From contig CAWDQP010000002.1 in the NCBI GenBank assembly GCA_963804505.1, positions 77,579 to 141,578 of the forward strand: a stretch of DNA of 64,000 bases. The letters run 5' to 3'. Both the position numbers and the translations under genes were made by a program. Of the stretch, positions 40,698-49,927 are shown in pieces. This DNA is from an uncultured Thermoplasmata archaeon. GTDB lineage: Archaea; Thermoplasmatota; Thermoplasmata; Lutacidiplasmatales; UBA184. Under the pieces are notes generated by a model that was not told the DNA's origin, searched no databases, and was given only the letters and a program-made list of their open reading frames with translations. Each line of letters opens with the position of its first letter. The first letter of the stretch is position 1.

Positions 40698-41210
40698 TCA
40701 ATAGGAGGCCGAACCTTCAGCGGGGCCTGCTTCGCTGCCCAGCAGCACGCGCATAGACCGGGCAATCCGTTCGAAATCTGACCGGGAAACCTCGAAGAGA
40801 CCAAACCTGAATGCGGCTGCCCACGATCCTTTGTTCTTAATGAATCCTAGATGCGGTATCAGGGGTAGCACACCGGCCTCGATTGCACGAGCGTAGGCAA
40901 CTCTCCTACGCCAAGGCTTGAACCCGGGCGCCTGTTCCACTTGGTAGGGCCCGTCGTCCGCCACTTGGCCAATGGCAGTGAATCGCTGGCAAGCGTCTGG
41001 CAGACCGAATACCATCTTGCCGGAGTAGTACGCCACCCAATCCCCCATCGATAGTCTACGGACTGAGCCAAGTTTTCCATGGCTGAATTGGGCGAACCCG
41101 CCTTCGACACCGTTCAGGACATGCTCCCGGGAAGCGACGCCGACCCAGGACCCGGGGTCCAGCGCGACCAGCTCTCTGCGTGCGAGCCTCCTCCCTGGGT
41201 TGGACCCCAC
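40698..41210 (-). CDS. EVE (PUA-like) domain protein
   Basis: WVGVASREHV..GVEGGFAQFSHGK...RRLSMGDWVAYYS........FTAIGQV.D...Y......F.PWRRRV.Y. Confidence 0.6.
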   Translation of the reverse strand: MGSNPGRRLARRELVALDPGSWVGVASREHVLNGVEGGFAQFSHGKLGSVRRLSMGDWVAYYSGKMVFGLPDACQRFTAIGQVADDGPYQVEQAPGFKPWRRRVAYARAIEAGVLPLIPHLGFIKNKGSWAAAFRFGLFEVSRSDFERIARSMRVLLGSEAGPAEGSASY

Positions 41211-41232
41211 CTGGCCACGTCAGAGTCTTGTC

Positions 41233-41565
41233 CTACCCGCTTGACCGGCGGTGAACGGACTCCACCGTGTAAAGGTAGGCGGCCGGGGTCCCCATCGCGG
41301 CGGCCTTCTTCATGGTAGCCTGCGCGTCAGGGTTCCGACGCATGGCATCGATGGCCTCCATAGACTCCCACTGGCCGTAGTTGGCCATGTGTTGTCCGTC
41401 AAGGCCCCGGTGGATGCTCGCAGAGATGAAGCCCGGAACCTTCTTCATGAAGTGCTCGATGACGTCTTCAAGCTCCCGCACAAGGTCGTCCTGTCGGCTC
41501 GGCTCCACGGTGAAGACGTTGATCAAGGTCACAACGCGCGCGCCGGTCTCGATGGTGGTTTGCAT
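41233..41565 (-). CDS. Antibiotic biosynthesis monooxygenase (ABM) domain protein
   Basis: VTLINVFTVEP......V.......FMKKVPGFISASIHRGLDG....NYGQWES.EA. Confidence 0.65.
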   Translation of the reverse strand: MQTTIETGARVVTLINVFTVEPSRQDDLVRELEDVIEHFMKKVPGFISASIHRGLDGQHMANYGQWESMEAIDAMRRNPDAQATMKKAAAMGTPAAYLYTVESVHRRSSG

Positions 41566-41615
41566 GGCTTGCTCCAACAAGTATAAGCATGCTGACAATA
41601 TATAAGCACACTGAT

Positions 41616-42048
41616 ATGAACTTCCACGAACAGGATGCCCGCTTGCGCATCGGGTATCAGCTGAAGCGGGCCCAGCACGAGCTCCACACATTGATGGACC
41701 GCTCCCTGCGAACGATCGGCGTTACTCTGTCTCAGGTACGCGACCATGGCGATTCTTGAACAATCCCCGGGGCTTTCCAACGCTCAACTGGCTCGTCAAG
41801 CGTTCGTGACGCCGCAGACGATGTTTCGAATCCTTACCGGGTTGGAGCGAAGGGGGTGGGTGACCCGACCGGAAACGCCCGAGGTGGGTCGCGCAAGGGG
41901 GGCCCGACTGACCACGGTGGGACGTCGGAAGCTCAGTGCGTGCACCCGAGCCACCGTCGGGGTCGAGGATCAGGTGATGGATCGGCTGAGTCCGGGCGAT
42001 CGTGCTACTCTTCTGAAGCTACTCCTTTCCTACGGGGGCGTGAGATGA
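41616..42048 (+). CDS. MarR family transcriptional regulator. Apparent frameshift near 41740. Divergent from the ABM gene.
   Basis: MNFHEQDARLRIGYQLKRAQHELHTLMDRSLRTIGVTLSQ then (frame change) MAILEQSPGLSNAQLARQAFVTPQTMFRILTGLERRGWV. A/T-rich intergenic region with TATAAGCA present twice. Confidence 0.65.
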
Positions 42049-42382
42049 CTCGCACCCCACCTGTACCAAACCGACTCACGCAGGACGTAGTTCAGTTGGC
42101 ACGCCCTCCCCCGATAGGAGGCAGTGTTCTTGCTGATCGGATTCGCGCGGCCGGAGTCGGATCGAATCTCTGGCGACATTCACCGGGTGGGATTCGACAA
42201 GAGAGGGCAAGAGCGTAGGGCTACACGATCTGAGAACCGACCGAAAGAGAAGCTACCTCTCTGAAGTTGAAATCAGGACCTCGGACACACCCCCAGGGTC
42301 GCTAAACCACCGTTTGGCCACGCCGACCTCGAAGGTCGACCCCCGTCATTATGCAAGGTGCCCGTTTCGAACCATTGAGGCT

Positions 42383-42862
42383 TCAGAGGAGAGGCCCTTC
42401 GGTCGAGTATTCGAGCTCCCCGACGATACTTACCACTGTGATTGGCCCTATCGAGGCATTTGCAGGGATCGTGAGGCAGAAGCTGTAGACAGACTCCACC
42501 GAAGGAATTGAGAGGCTCGCGAATTCACTCCCGTCTGCCACTCCCGAGTAGATGGTCGCGTTGCTTGTGTCGTCGTAGACTTTCAAGAACGTCGGGTTGC
42601 CGTTTGGAACATCCCAGGCGAACTGGAGCGTCCCTTCGTGTTGGAACACCACTGCCTCGCAGGGCATCTGCGTCGTATTCGCAGGGATCGGGACGAGAAG
42701 CACGACAGGATCTGAGGCTGAGTGTGAGACCGGGAGGAGGAGAAGCGCCCCTATGGTCACGCCCGCCGTCGCCAGGAGCGCCAGGAGGTAGACCCATCTC
42801 GGGCGGGAGGGAGGTCGGCCCAACCAGCCGGCTGAACCGGAGGGGGCATCGCTCGGCACCAT
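42383..42862 (-). CDS. N-terminally anchored extracellular protein (hypothetical)
   Basis: RPRWVYLLALLATAGVTIGALLLL anchor, beta-rich domain with sequons. Confidence 0.4.
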   Translation of the reverse strand: MVPSDAPSGSAGWLGRPPSRPRWVYLLALLATAGVTIGALLLLPVSHSASDPVVLLVPIPANTTQMPCEAVVFQHEGTLQFAWDVPNGNPTFLKVYDDTSNATIYSGVADGSEFASLSIPSVESVYSFCLTIPANASIGPITVVSIVGELEYSTEGPLL

Positions 42863-43203
42863 CCCAGAGCGCTAGGGGCAGCCGAGGTCATTACTCTGAC
42901 CACAGGTCCGGAACGAGTACCCTGCAGTTATCGCCTAGGAATACCAAGATTCAAAGGGTTTTGTTCTGAAACCTACCCTGTTTGATAGCCCCCGGCTCCG
43001 ACTTTGGGGAGGGAAGATCTCGACGTGCCACCCTACGGAATGATCTACCACCTGAAGTAAGTCTGTGTCCAGCCGTTTCCGGCATCTTTGGGTTGAGCGT
43101 AAAACAGTTTGCGACTTGATGCGAGTCGATGGCCGTCCGGTTCCGGGAGTTGGGGGACGGTTCGGCGGGCGAGGCTTCAGGCGCTCACCAAACGACGGGC
43201 CCG

Positions 43204-43710
43204 ATGGGCTCGAATCCAGTCCTCGTTGAAGGGAGACGCTGGCGTCGACCCCATCTCCTCTTGTTCACCGTAGTTGTGGTGCTCTTAGTTGCGCTGCCTT
43301 CGTGTTACATTCTCTCGCAAGATGAGAGCAGAACTACTCCGTACACCATCTCTGTGACCACGAGCTGCCCGAGGGGCGTCTGGTCCCCTCCAGCACCAGG
43401 CGAACTCACGGGAGCCTGCTCGTACCTTGGGTTTCTTGACCTCCCCTCGGTGTCGAAGCTTTTCGGCAGCTATGTGGCGTCCAACTCCTCACCGCTTTGG
43501 GTTGTGGTCGGGTTCCGGAGCGGGAGTTACAATTCGACCTCGAGCAGTGGGTCCTTCGCGTTGGTGGGGACGGCTCCTTTCACCTGGGCGTCGGCGCCTT
43601 GGCCAATCGGTTGGGGCGACCCCCCGACCGCCGCAGCAATCACTGTCGTCTCAAACTATCCGATCACCGTGACGTTTGAGGGAACGTACTGCTCCCCCCT
43701 GTTCGCCTAG
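43204..43710 (+). CDS. N-terminally anchored extracellular protein (hypothetical)
   Basis: RRWRRPHLLLFTVVVVLLVALPS anchor. The TAG stop at 43708-43710 is part of the first CTAG. Confidence 0.4.
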   Translation: MGSNPVLVEGRRWRRPHLLLFTVVVVLLVALPSCYILSQDESRTTPYTISVTTSCPRGVWSPPAPGELTGACSYLGFLDLPSVSKLFGSYVASNSSPLWVVVGFRSGSYNSTSSSGSFALVGTAPFTWASAPWPIGWGDPPTAAAITVVSNYPITVTFEGTYCSPLFA

Positions 43711-45096
43711 CTTTGTTGCGACGAGCTACTGCCCCCCGTGGGTAAAGGACCCGGTTATGTGGGTTCCGCCGAACCGCTTCTGATTCCGGGAGGAGCCCTC
43801 CCGAGCTCGAGCGTTCACATCGTCTTGGTGTTGGCTATGGCCCCCGCCGCACCCAGTTATTCGCGCTCTACGGCGCAGGAAGACGGTTCGCAGTCGAGGG
43901 CTCCAAGACCGCACGCTGCACACGTTTTCCAGCGGTCACGCGAGGGTGCCGCAGGGTCCCTTCCGCAGTCGGTGGCCTTGGAGCGTCAATCCGGAACGGT
44001 TCTCGCTTCTTCAACATTGCGAAGATGACCTTCAGGAGGGCGTGGGCGCCAGCCACGGACCCCTTCCCCACTCCCCTTCGACGAGTTACGCGTCGGGCGA
44101 CTTTGCCCACCGTGCCGCGCGGAACGCGGCGGCGGTGATGCCACGCCGCCTCAATCAGGAGCCAGCGCAGCAGCGCGACGCTGTCCCTCTTCAGATGCCC
44201 GTGATATTCGGACTCGCCAGATTGGTAGGTCGTGGGCGCGAGCCCAACGTACGAGCTCAGCTTGTCCACAGTTGGGAATCTCTCGATGGGGCAGAGGAAT
44301 GCGGCGAGGGCCAGCGAGACGAGTTCGCCGACACCGGGGATCGTGCCGAGCAACTTGGCCTCCTCGGAGTCGCTCCAGGCGGCATGGATCGCTTCGTCGA
44401 GTCGCTTGCCCGTTGATTCGAGATCTGCAAGAGCGTCAAGGCCCCGATCGACCTCATCGAGATGTAGGTCTCGAAGGACCTCGCGCTTCCGTCGGCGGTT
44501 CAAGAGCTGATCTTCGTATTCGATTCCTCGACGGAGGAGGACACTATAGACATGGTTCTTGATGGACGCTGCCTTCCGCCGGTAGAAGATCCGTTCGCGA
44601 ACGAGATTCCGGAGAGCTCGGACCTCGGGCGGCGGAGCGTATGATCGAGGGATGGAATTCAATCGGAGGAGGGTGGCGAGTGCCTCCGAGTCGAGCTTAT
44701 CGCTCTTCAGGCTCGCCTCCGCGATAAGGCGGGTTCGATACGGGTTGGAAAGGACTACCGACGCGCCTGCTCTCTCCGCAGCATCGTAGAAGTGCTCCCA
44801 GAGGGTGCACGCTTCCAGCACGACGTGCTTGTGACCCGGGAGTCGCCCCAGGTAGCCGATCAACTCGGCATCGGAGGCCCCGAATCTCTCCTGGCTGACT
44901 TGGGCCCCCGCAGCGTCCAACGCCGTCGCGGTGACGCTCTTTCGGTGGATGTCCAGCCCGACGAAAGTCGGTTCACTCGTGTTCTCCATGAGGCGCCTCG
45001 AGGTGGAGGACACGAGGCGCCGCCGATGGACTTTCCGCTGCGGCATCGGCGGAACCCATCATGTGCACATTTTCCACGTATGGCCCGAGAGCCGAC
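43711..45096 (-). mobile_element. IS110-family insertion sequence. Ends inferred from flanking CTAG copies; no terminal inverted repeats seen.
   Basis: Carries the IS110-type transposase gene. Bounded by CTAG at 43707-43710 and 45097-45100. Length about 1.39 kb is typical for the family. Confidence 0.6.
43868..44989 (-). CDS. IS110-family transposase/recombinase (DEDD N-terminal domain plus Transposase_20 C-terminal domain)
   Basis: FVGLDIHRKS, VVLEACTLW, LDSEALATLL, and C-terminal LLGTIPGVGELVSLALAAFL ... YVGLAPTTYQSGES. Confidence 0.85.
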   Translation of the reverse strand: MENTSEPTFVGLDIHRKSVTATALDAAGAQVSQERFGASDAELIGYLGRLPGHKHVVLEACTLWEHFYDAAERAGASVVLSNPYRTRLIAEASLKSDKLDSEALATLLRLNSIPRSYAPPPEVRALRNLVRERIFYRRKAASIKNHVYSVLLRRGIEYEDQLLNRRRKREVLRDLHLDEVDRGLDALADLESTGKRLDEAIHAAWSDSEEAKLLGTIPGVGELVSLALAAFLCPIERFPTVDKLSSYVGLAPTTYQSGESEYHGHLKRDSVALLRWLLIEAAWHHRRRVPRGTVGKVARRVTRRRGVGKGSVAGAHALLKVIFAMLKKREPFRIDAPRPPTAEGTLRHPRVTAGKRVQRAVLEPSTANRLPAP

Positions 45097-45100
45097 CTAG

Positions 45101-45151
45101 GTGTAGTGTAGCAGGACATCTTGCCGCCTGAATTGTCAGGACACATTGCCG
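45101..45151 (+). repeat. IS481-family left terminal inverted repeat
   Basis: GTGTAGTGTAGCAGGACATCTTGCCGCCTGAATTGTCAGGACACATTGCCG. Contains two CAGGAC-N3-TTGCCG submotifs. Confidence 0.8.
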
Positions 45152-45164
45152 CCCCCTGGAGAGG

Positions 45165-46076
45165 GTGGCTTTGGTCAAAGAGGACGTTCGTCTCCGACTA
45201 CACGCCGTCAAGCAGCATCTCGAGAAGGGTATCCGCGCCGCGGAGATCTGTCAACTCTTCGGCATCTCCGAGAGGACCCTCCGCTATTGGTGCCGAAACT
45301 ACCGCGAGGAAGGCGTCGAGGGTCTCCGGGATGAGTCCCGGCGCCCTCGCCACAGCCCGAACCGTATCCACGGGAACCTCGTCAATCGGATCCTCCAGCT
45401 GAGGAGAAAGCACCCGGCCTGGGGTGCGCTACGGATCCACGCCATCCTTCGGCGCCGCGGGGTCCAGGTGAGCTGGGTCACCGTCCACCGGGTGCTGAAG
45501 CGTCACGGGTTCATGGTCCGGACCGTCAAGAAACCCGAGTCGTTCAAGCGGTTCCAGCGCCGTCACGTCGACTCCCTCTGGCAGACGGACGTCTACAAGT
45601 TCCGCATCGCCGGCGTCCGGGGGCACGTCTACGTCCACACCGTCCTGGACGATCGCTCCCGCTACCTTGTGATGGCCCGCGCCTATCTGCGGGAGAGGGC
45701 TCGAGAGGCTACGAACAACCTTTGGTGGGCGTTCAAGGGTGGTCGCCAGCCCAAGGCCCTCTACATCAACAACGGGAGCTGTTTCATCTCGAAGGAGTTC
45801 CGCGAGTTCTGCGCGGCCCGAGGGGTCTCGGTGATCTACGGGAGGCCGTACAACCCTCGAGGACGAGGGAAGCTCGAACGGTTCCACGGTATCCTCACCC
45901 AGGAACTCGTGGGGAGGGTACGCTTCCGTTCCCTGGGCCACTTCCGCCGAGAGCTCTACCAGTGGCGACGGAGGTACAACCGAACCCGTCTCCATGGAGG
46001 GATCGGCTGGGCCACTCCGCACGAGGTCTACCACGACCCCAAGTTGATGAGCGGGAAGCGAATCAGGAGCCGCTGA
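45165..46076 (+). CDS. IS481-family DDE transposase (HTH plus rve integrase core)
   Basis: HTH ICQLFGISERTLRYW. DDE core LWQTDVY...VHTVLDDRSRY...NGSCFISKEF...YNPRGRGKLERFH. Confidence 0.85.
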   Translation: MALVKEDVRLRLHAVKQHLEKGIRAAEICQLFGISERTLRYWCRNYREEGVEGLRDESRRPRHSPNRIHGNLVNRILQLRRKHPAWGALRIHAILRRRGVQVSWVTVHRVLKRHGFMVRTVKKPESFKRFQRRHVDSLWQTDVYKFRIAGVRGHVYVHTVLDDRSRYLVMARAYLRERAREATNNLWWAFKGGRQPKALYINNGSCFISKEFREFCAARGVSVIYGRPYNPRGRGKLERFHGILTQELVGRVRFRSLGHFRRELYQWRRRYNRTRLHGGIGWATPHEVYHDPKLMSGKRIRSR

Positions 46077-46079
46077 GGG

Positions 46080-46130
46080 CGGCAAGATCTCCTGACAGTT
46101 CAACCGGCAACATGTCCTGACATACTACAC
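46080..46130 (-). repeat. IS481-family right terminal inverted repeat
   Basis: Reverse complement is GTGTAGTATGTCAGGACATGTTGCCGGTTGAACTGTCAGGAGATCTTGCCG. Confidence 0.8.
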
Positions 46131-46134
46131 CTAG

Positions 46135-46592
46135 CTTTTACATCGAACGATTCGACCACACCCATCGCAGGTGGCGAGGCGGGCCGGGTCCTCCCCTTTC
46201 AATCGGAGTTTCCGGACTGGTTTGCGAATGGGTCGGCCTATACCGACGCATGGGGCCTCGTCAGTTGGATGACCAATGTCTCTCTGCGCGATGCGGGCGG
46301 AAACTTGCTGCCATCTGCGACGGCCTCCTGCGGAGGCTGGGTACCGACTTTGATCGACTGCGCACCCGCATCTGCAGGATGGTCGGCAGTCTTGGTCAAT
46401 GCGAACGGAGGATGGCTCGATAGCTTTCCAAGCTCACCGAATGGATCGAATTGGACCATTGCCAACGCTCCGATTGTGAGCGGGGACAGTCTGGTGCTAC
46501 TTGCGCCGAGTTCATGGAGTTTGTCAGGAGACGCTCTCACCGTAGCCGGGAGCTCACCACTGCCGGTCGTTTCTGGAACGGTCGACGTTTGA
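46135..46592 (+). pseudogene. 5'-truncated homolog of the 28072-28657 extracellular protein. Its reading frame is open right up to the IS481 right end.
   Basis: GWSAVLVNANGGWLDS...WTIANAPIVSGDSLVLLAPSSWSLSGDALTVAG aligns with ALWYVVLASPNGTNLLG...WTLLAPGPSDFTIENGSALILVTSESLAGTGRGLEVLG. No N-terminal anchor present. Confidence 0.5.
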
Positions 46593-46796
46593 CCTGCACG
46601 AGTCGAAGCTCGCTTCGCACTCCCGGACCCGCCCACGTCGGGGTTCGGCGGCGGGCCACCCTCATCAGAGGTGCGAGGATTCTCAAGTGATCGGCCTACA
46701 TCCGCGACGAGTTGGAATGGACTCGGTAACGGGTAGGTTTGCAATGCAGACCCATCCGCTTCCTGAAGTCCGGGCTCCTGCCCGGAGCGCCCGGCA

Positions 46797-46868
46797 GCCG
46801 CCAGAGAGGATTGAACTCCCGACCTGCTGATTACAAATCAGCCGCTCTACCGACTGAGCTATGGCGGC
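46797..46868 (-). tRNA. tRNA-Thr (anticodon UGU)
   Basis: Minus strand: GCCGCCA TA GCTC AGTCGGTA GAGC G GCTGA TTTGTAA TCAGC AGGTC GGGAG TTCAATC CTCTC TGGCGGC. Perfect 7-bp acceptor stem; CCA not encoded. Confidence 0.9.
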
Positions 46869-46980
46869 ACCGACCCCGAATTCGCTATCCGCTTCATAAC
46901 ACCGCGGCCCGACTACGAAGGGATCCCTCCCTGGGGTGACAACCTTACAAGCTCGCGACTAACGGAGGTACCCACCGGTC

Positions 46981-48648
46981 ATGCGGACCCTGGAATCCGA
47001 CCGGGTCGTTCGGTCCCCGCGGGGGTCCACCCTTTCCTGCCGCTCTTGGGGCGCGGAGGCGGCACTCCGACTCCTCCAGAACAACCTCGACCCCGAAGTG
47101 GCCAAAGATCCCCGGCACCTGATCGTGTACGGGGGTCGCGGAAAGGCCGCCCGAGACTGGGAGTCGTTCGACCATATCGTCGAAGCGCTGACCACCCTCG
47201 AGGACGCGGAAACGCTGCTCGTCCAATCGGGTAAGCCGGTCGGCGTGTTCCCGACCCACCCGGACGCACCCCGAGTTCTGATCGCGAACGCCCTGCTCGT
47301 TCCCCGATGGGCGACGGACGAGATCTTCTGGGACCTCGAGAGCCGGGGGCTGACGATGTACGGCCAGATGACGGCCGGAAGCTGGGTCTACATCGGGACC
47401 CAGGGCATTCTTCAGGGGACGTACGAGACGCTGGCTTCGCTCGCGCAGATCGAGTTCCGCGCGCCGAACTTGCGGGGGCGCTGGATGCTCACCTCCGGTC
47501 TCGGCGAGATGGGGGGCGCCCAGCCGCTCGCGGTCACGATGTTGGACGGCGTCGCGCTCGTCGTCGACGTGGACCCCCGGGCGATCGACCGCCAGCTCGG
47601 CCACCGGTACCTCGACCTGCAGGCGAAGGATCTCGACGACGCCCTCGCCCGGGTCCGGGAGTCGGTCGCGGCGGGTCAGCCACTCTCGATCGGGCTTTGC
47701 GCTAACGCCGCGGACGTCTACCCCGAGATCGTTCGCCGAGGGCTCACCCCCGACGTGGTCAGCGATCAGACCGCGGCGCACGATATCTCGGTAGGATACA
47801 TACCGCAGGGACTGACGGTCGAAGAGGCGGCCCGCGCCCGAGCGACGGATCCGGCCGACTATCTGGGCAAGGTTCAAAGCTCGCTCGCGGCCGAAGCCCG
47901 TGCGATCCTCCAGCTGCAACGTCCCGGATCTAAATCGTTCGACTATGGCAACAACTTCCGCGGGCAGGCCAAGGAGGCCGGGGTGCCCGACGCCTTCGAA
48001 ATCCCGGGCTATGTCCCGCGGTACATCCGACCCCTGTTCGCCGTAGGAAGCGGGCCGTTCCGATGGCTCGCGCTCAGCGGGGAGCCGGACGACATCCACC
48101 GGATCGACCGAATGCTCCTGTCCGAGTTTTCCGGCGACGAGCACCTCGCCCGCTGGATCCGGCTCGCCGCCGAGCGTGTTCGGTTCCAGGGCCTCCCCGC
48201 CCGCATCTGCTACATGGGTTACGGTGACCGCGAGCGATTCGGGCATCGAGTGAACGCTCTCGTCCACGACGGCGAGCTCTCCGCTCCCATCGCCATCGGG
48301 CGCGACCATCACGACACCGGGAGCGTGGCGAGCCCGTTCCGAGAGACCGAGGGGATGAGGGACGGATCGGACGCGATCGCCGACTGGCCGATCCTGAACG
48401 CGCTGCTCAACGTGGCGAGCGGCGCGACCTGGGTCTCCGTGCATCACGGCGGGGGCGTCGGCATCGGCAATTCCATTCACGCCGGACTTGTCGTGGTCGC
48501 GGACGGAACTACGGAGGCCGACCGCCGGATCGGTCGGTGCCTGCACAACGACCCCGGTATCGGCGTCGCCCGACACGCGGACGCCGGCTACCCCGAGTCG
48601 ATCCGGATCGCGCGGAACGCTGGGTTCCGGGTGCCGGGGCTTCCGTAG
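46981..48648 (+). CDS. hutU: Urocanate hydratase
   Basis: [82 protein letters not shown]. Confidence 0.9.
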   Translation: MRTLESDRVVRSPRGSTLSCRSWGAEAALRLLQNNLDPEVAKDPRHLIVYGGRGKAARDWESFDHIVEALTTLEDAETLLVQSGKPVGVFPTHPDAPRVLIANALLVPRWATDEIFWDLESRGLTMYGQMTAGSWVYIGTQGILQGTYETLASLAQIEFRAPNLRGRWMLTSGLGEMGGAQPLAVTMLDGVALVVDVDPRAIDRQLGHRYLDLQAKDLDDALARVRESVAAGQPLSIGLCANAADVYPEIVRRGLTPDVVSDQTAAHDISVGYIPQGLTVEEAARARATDPADYLGKVQSSLAAEARAILQLQRPGSKSFDYGNNFRGQAKEAGVPDAFEIPGYVPRYIRPLFAVGSGPFRWLALSGEPDDIHRIDRMLLSEFSGDEHLARWIRLAAERVRFQGLPARICYMGYGDRERFGHRVNALVHDGELSAPIAIGRDHHDTGSVASPFRETEGMRDGSDAIADWPILNALLNVASGATWVSVHHGGGVGIGNSIHAGLVVVADGTTEADRRIGRCLHNDPGIGVARHADAGYPESIRIARNAGFRVPGLP

Positions 48649-48699
48649 TCGGGGCGCCCCGGGCGAAACCGCCTTGAAGCTCGCCTCTCTTCCCGGGGC

Positions 48700-49812
48700 G
48701 TGTCGACCTCCTCCGACCCGACCGCGGACCGTCTCGCGCGCGCGGTGCTGACGCACCGATTGCACGTCAAGCCCAAGGAGAACGTGACTATCGAGGCCTA
48801 CCCTGCCGCGCTGCGGTGGGCGACGGGGTTCGTGCGCGAGGCCCGCCGGATGGGCGCGCGACCGATCCTGCTCTACGAGGACGAAGCATCCTACTGGGAC
48901 GCGGTGGAGAACGGTCGCGCCTCGCTGATCGGCGACCCGGGGGCGCACGAGTGGGGAGCGGTCGAAAAATCCGACGTCTACATTTACTTCTGGGGCCCGG
49001 CGGACCTGGCCCGGCGGGACAAGCTTTCGAACGCCGTCCAGGAGGAGCTGACCGCGTTCAACCCCCACTGGTACGAGGTAGCCCGCAAGGCCGGCGTCCG
49101 AGGGGCTCGCATGGCGATCGCCCGGGCGACGCCCGAGAACGCCCGTCAGTTCGGCGTGAACTTCCGTACGTGGGAGAAGGAGATGATCGCCTCCTCGATC
49201 CGGGATCCTGCGTCCATGGCCCGCGACGCGGAAAGGATCCGGCGCGCCTTCGCTCGCGGTCGCTCCGTTCGGATTACGCATCCCAACGGAACCGACCTGA
49301 AGCTCGGTCTGGCACAGCGGCGGGTCACCGTCGCGCTCGGGGACGTCACCCCTGCGTCGCAGAAGACGGCCTTCGGAATGATGGCCAACGTCCCCGACGC
49401 GTCCGTGTACACCGCGATCGACGAGGAGACCGCCGACGGGGTCTTTGTAGCGAACCGCGCTACGACTCGGTCGTCGGAGTCCCTAAAGGGCGGCCGCTGG
49501 AAGTTCAAAGACGGTCGGCTGCGTGCCTACAGCTTCTCGGCCGGTGGCCGCTCGTTCGCCGCGGAGTACCGTGCGGCGGGATCCGGGAAGGACCGCCCGG
49601 CGTTCCTCGAGGTAGGACTCGACCCCGACGTCCGCAACGGACCGACGATCGAGGAGGCCGAGCGGGGGGCCGTAACCCTCGGTGTCGGTCGCAACGTCGG
49701 CTTCGGCGGGAAGACGAAATCCGACTTCTTCGGCTACATCACGCTCGGCGAGGCAACCGTCTCCGTAGACGGCCGTCCGCTCCTGCGACGGGGCCGCGTG
49801 GTCGGCGGTTGA
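48700..49812 (+). CDS. M29-like (aminopeptidase T/AmpS family) protein, intact
   Basis: Family call from overall pattern (VKPKENVTIEAY...GARPILL...). Paralog of 39087-40239. Confidence 0.55.
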   Translation: MSTSSDPTADRLARAVLTHRLHVKPKENVTIEAYPAALRWATGFVREARRMGARPILLYEDEASYWDAVENGRASLIGDPGAHEWGAVEKSDVYIYFWGPADLARRDKLSNAVQEELTAFNPHWYEVARKAGVRGARMAIARATPENARQFGVNFRTWEKEMIASSIRDPASMARDAERIRRAFARGRSVRITHPNGTDLKLGLAQRRVTVALGDVTPASQKTAFGMMANVPDASVYTAIDEETADGVFVANRATTRSSESLKGGRWKFKDGRLRAYSFSAGGRSFAAEYRAAGSGKDRPAFLEVGLDPDVRNGPTIEEAERGAVTLGVGRNVGFGGKTKSDFFGYITLGEATVSVDGRPLLRRGRVVGG

Positions 49813-49927
49813 ACCCGTCCGGGAGTGCTAGGTCCTAGCACACCGTCCAAGGAACATCGGCCCCCGCGGAACAGCCCCTTATCTCGGGGTCCGGGCCACT
49901 ACGAGCGTGCGGACGGAACTCCGCGGG

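Larger units (their letters stand above)
45101..46130 (+). mobile_element. IS481-family insertion sequence with ~51-bp imperfect terminal inverted repeats and flanking CTAG direct repeats
   Basis: IRL 45101-45151 versus the reverse complement of 46080-46130 gives 40/51 identical by hand alignment. CTAG lies at 45097-45100 and 46131-46134. Confidence 0.85.

Noticed and set aside
45061-46592. Restoring an intact gene by conceptually excising IS481 (MCTFSTYGPRADLAFTSND... joined to 46135-46592)
   Set aside because: The resulting N-terminus lacks the TM anchor present in the homolog at 28072-28657 and lies inside the presumed IS110 end. The open frame across the junction is probably a GC-rich coincidence.
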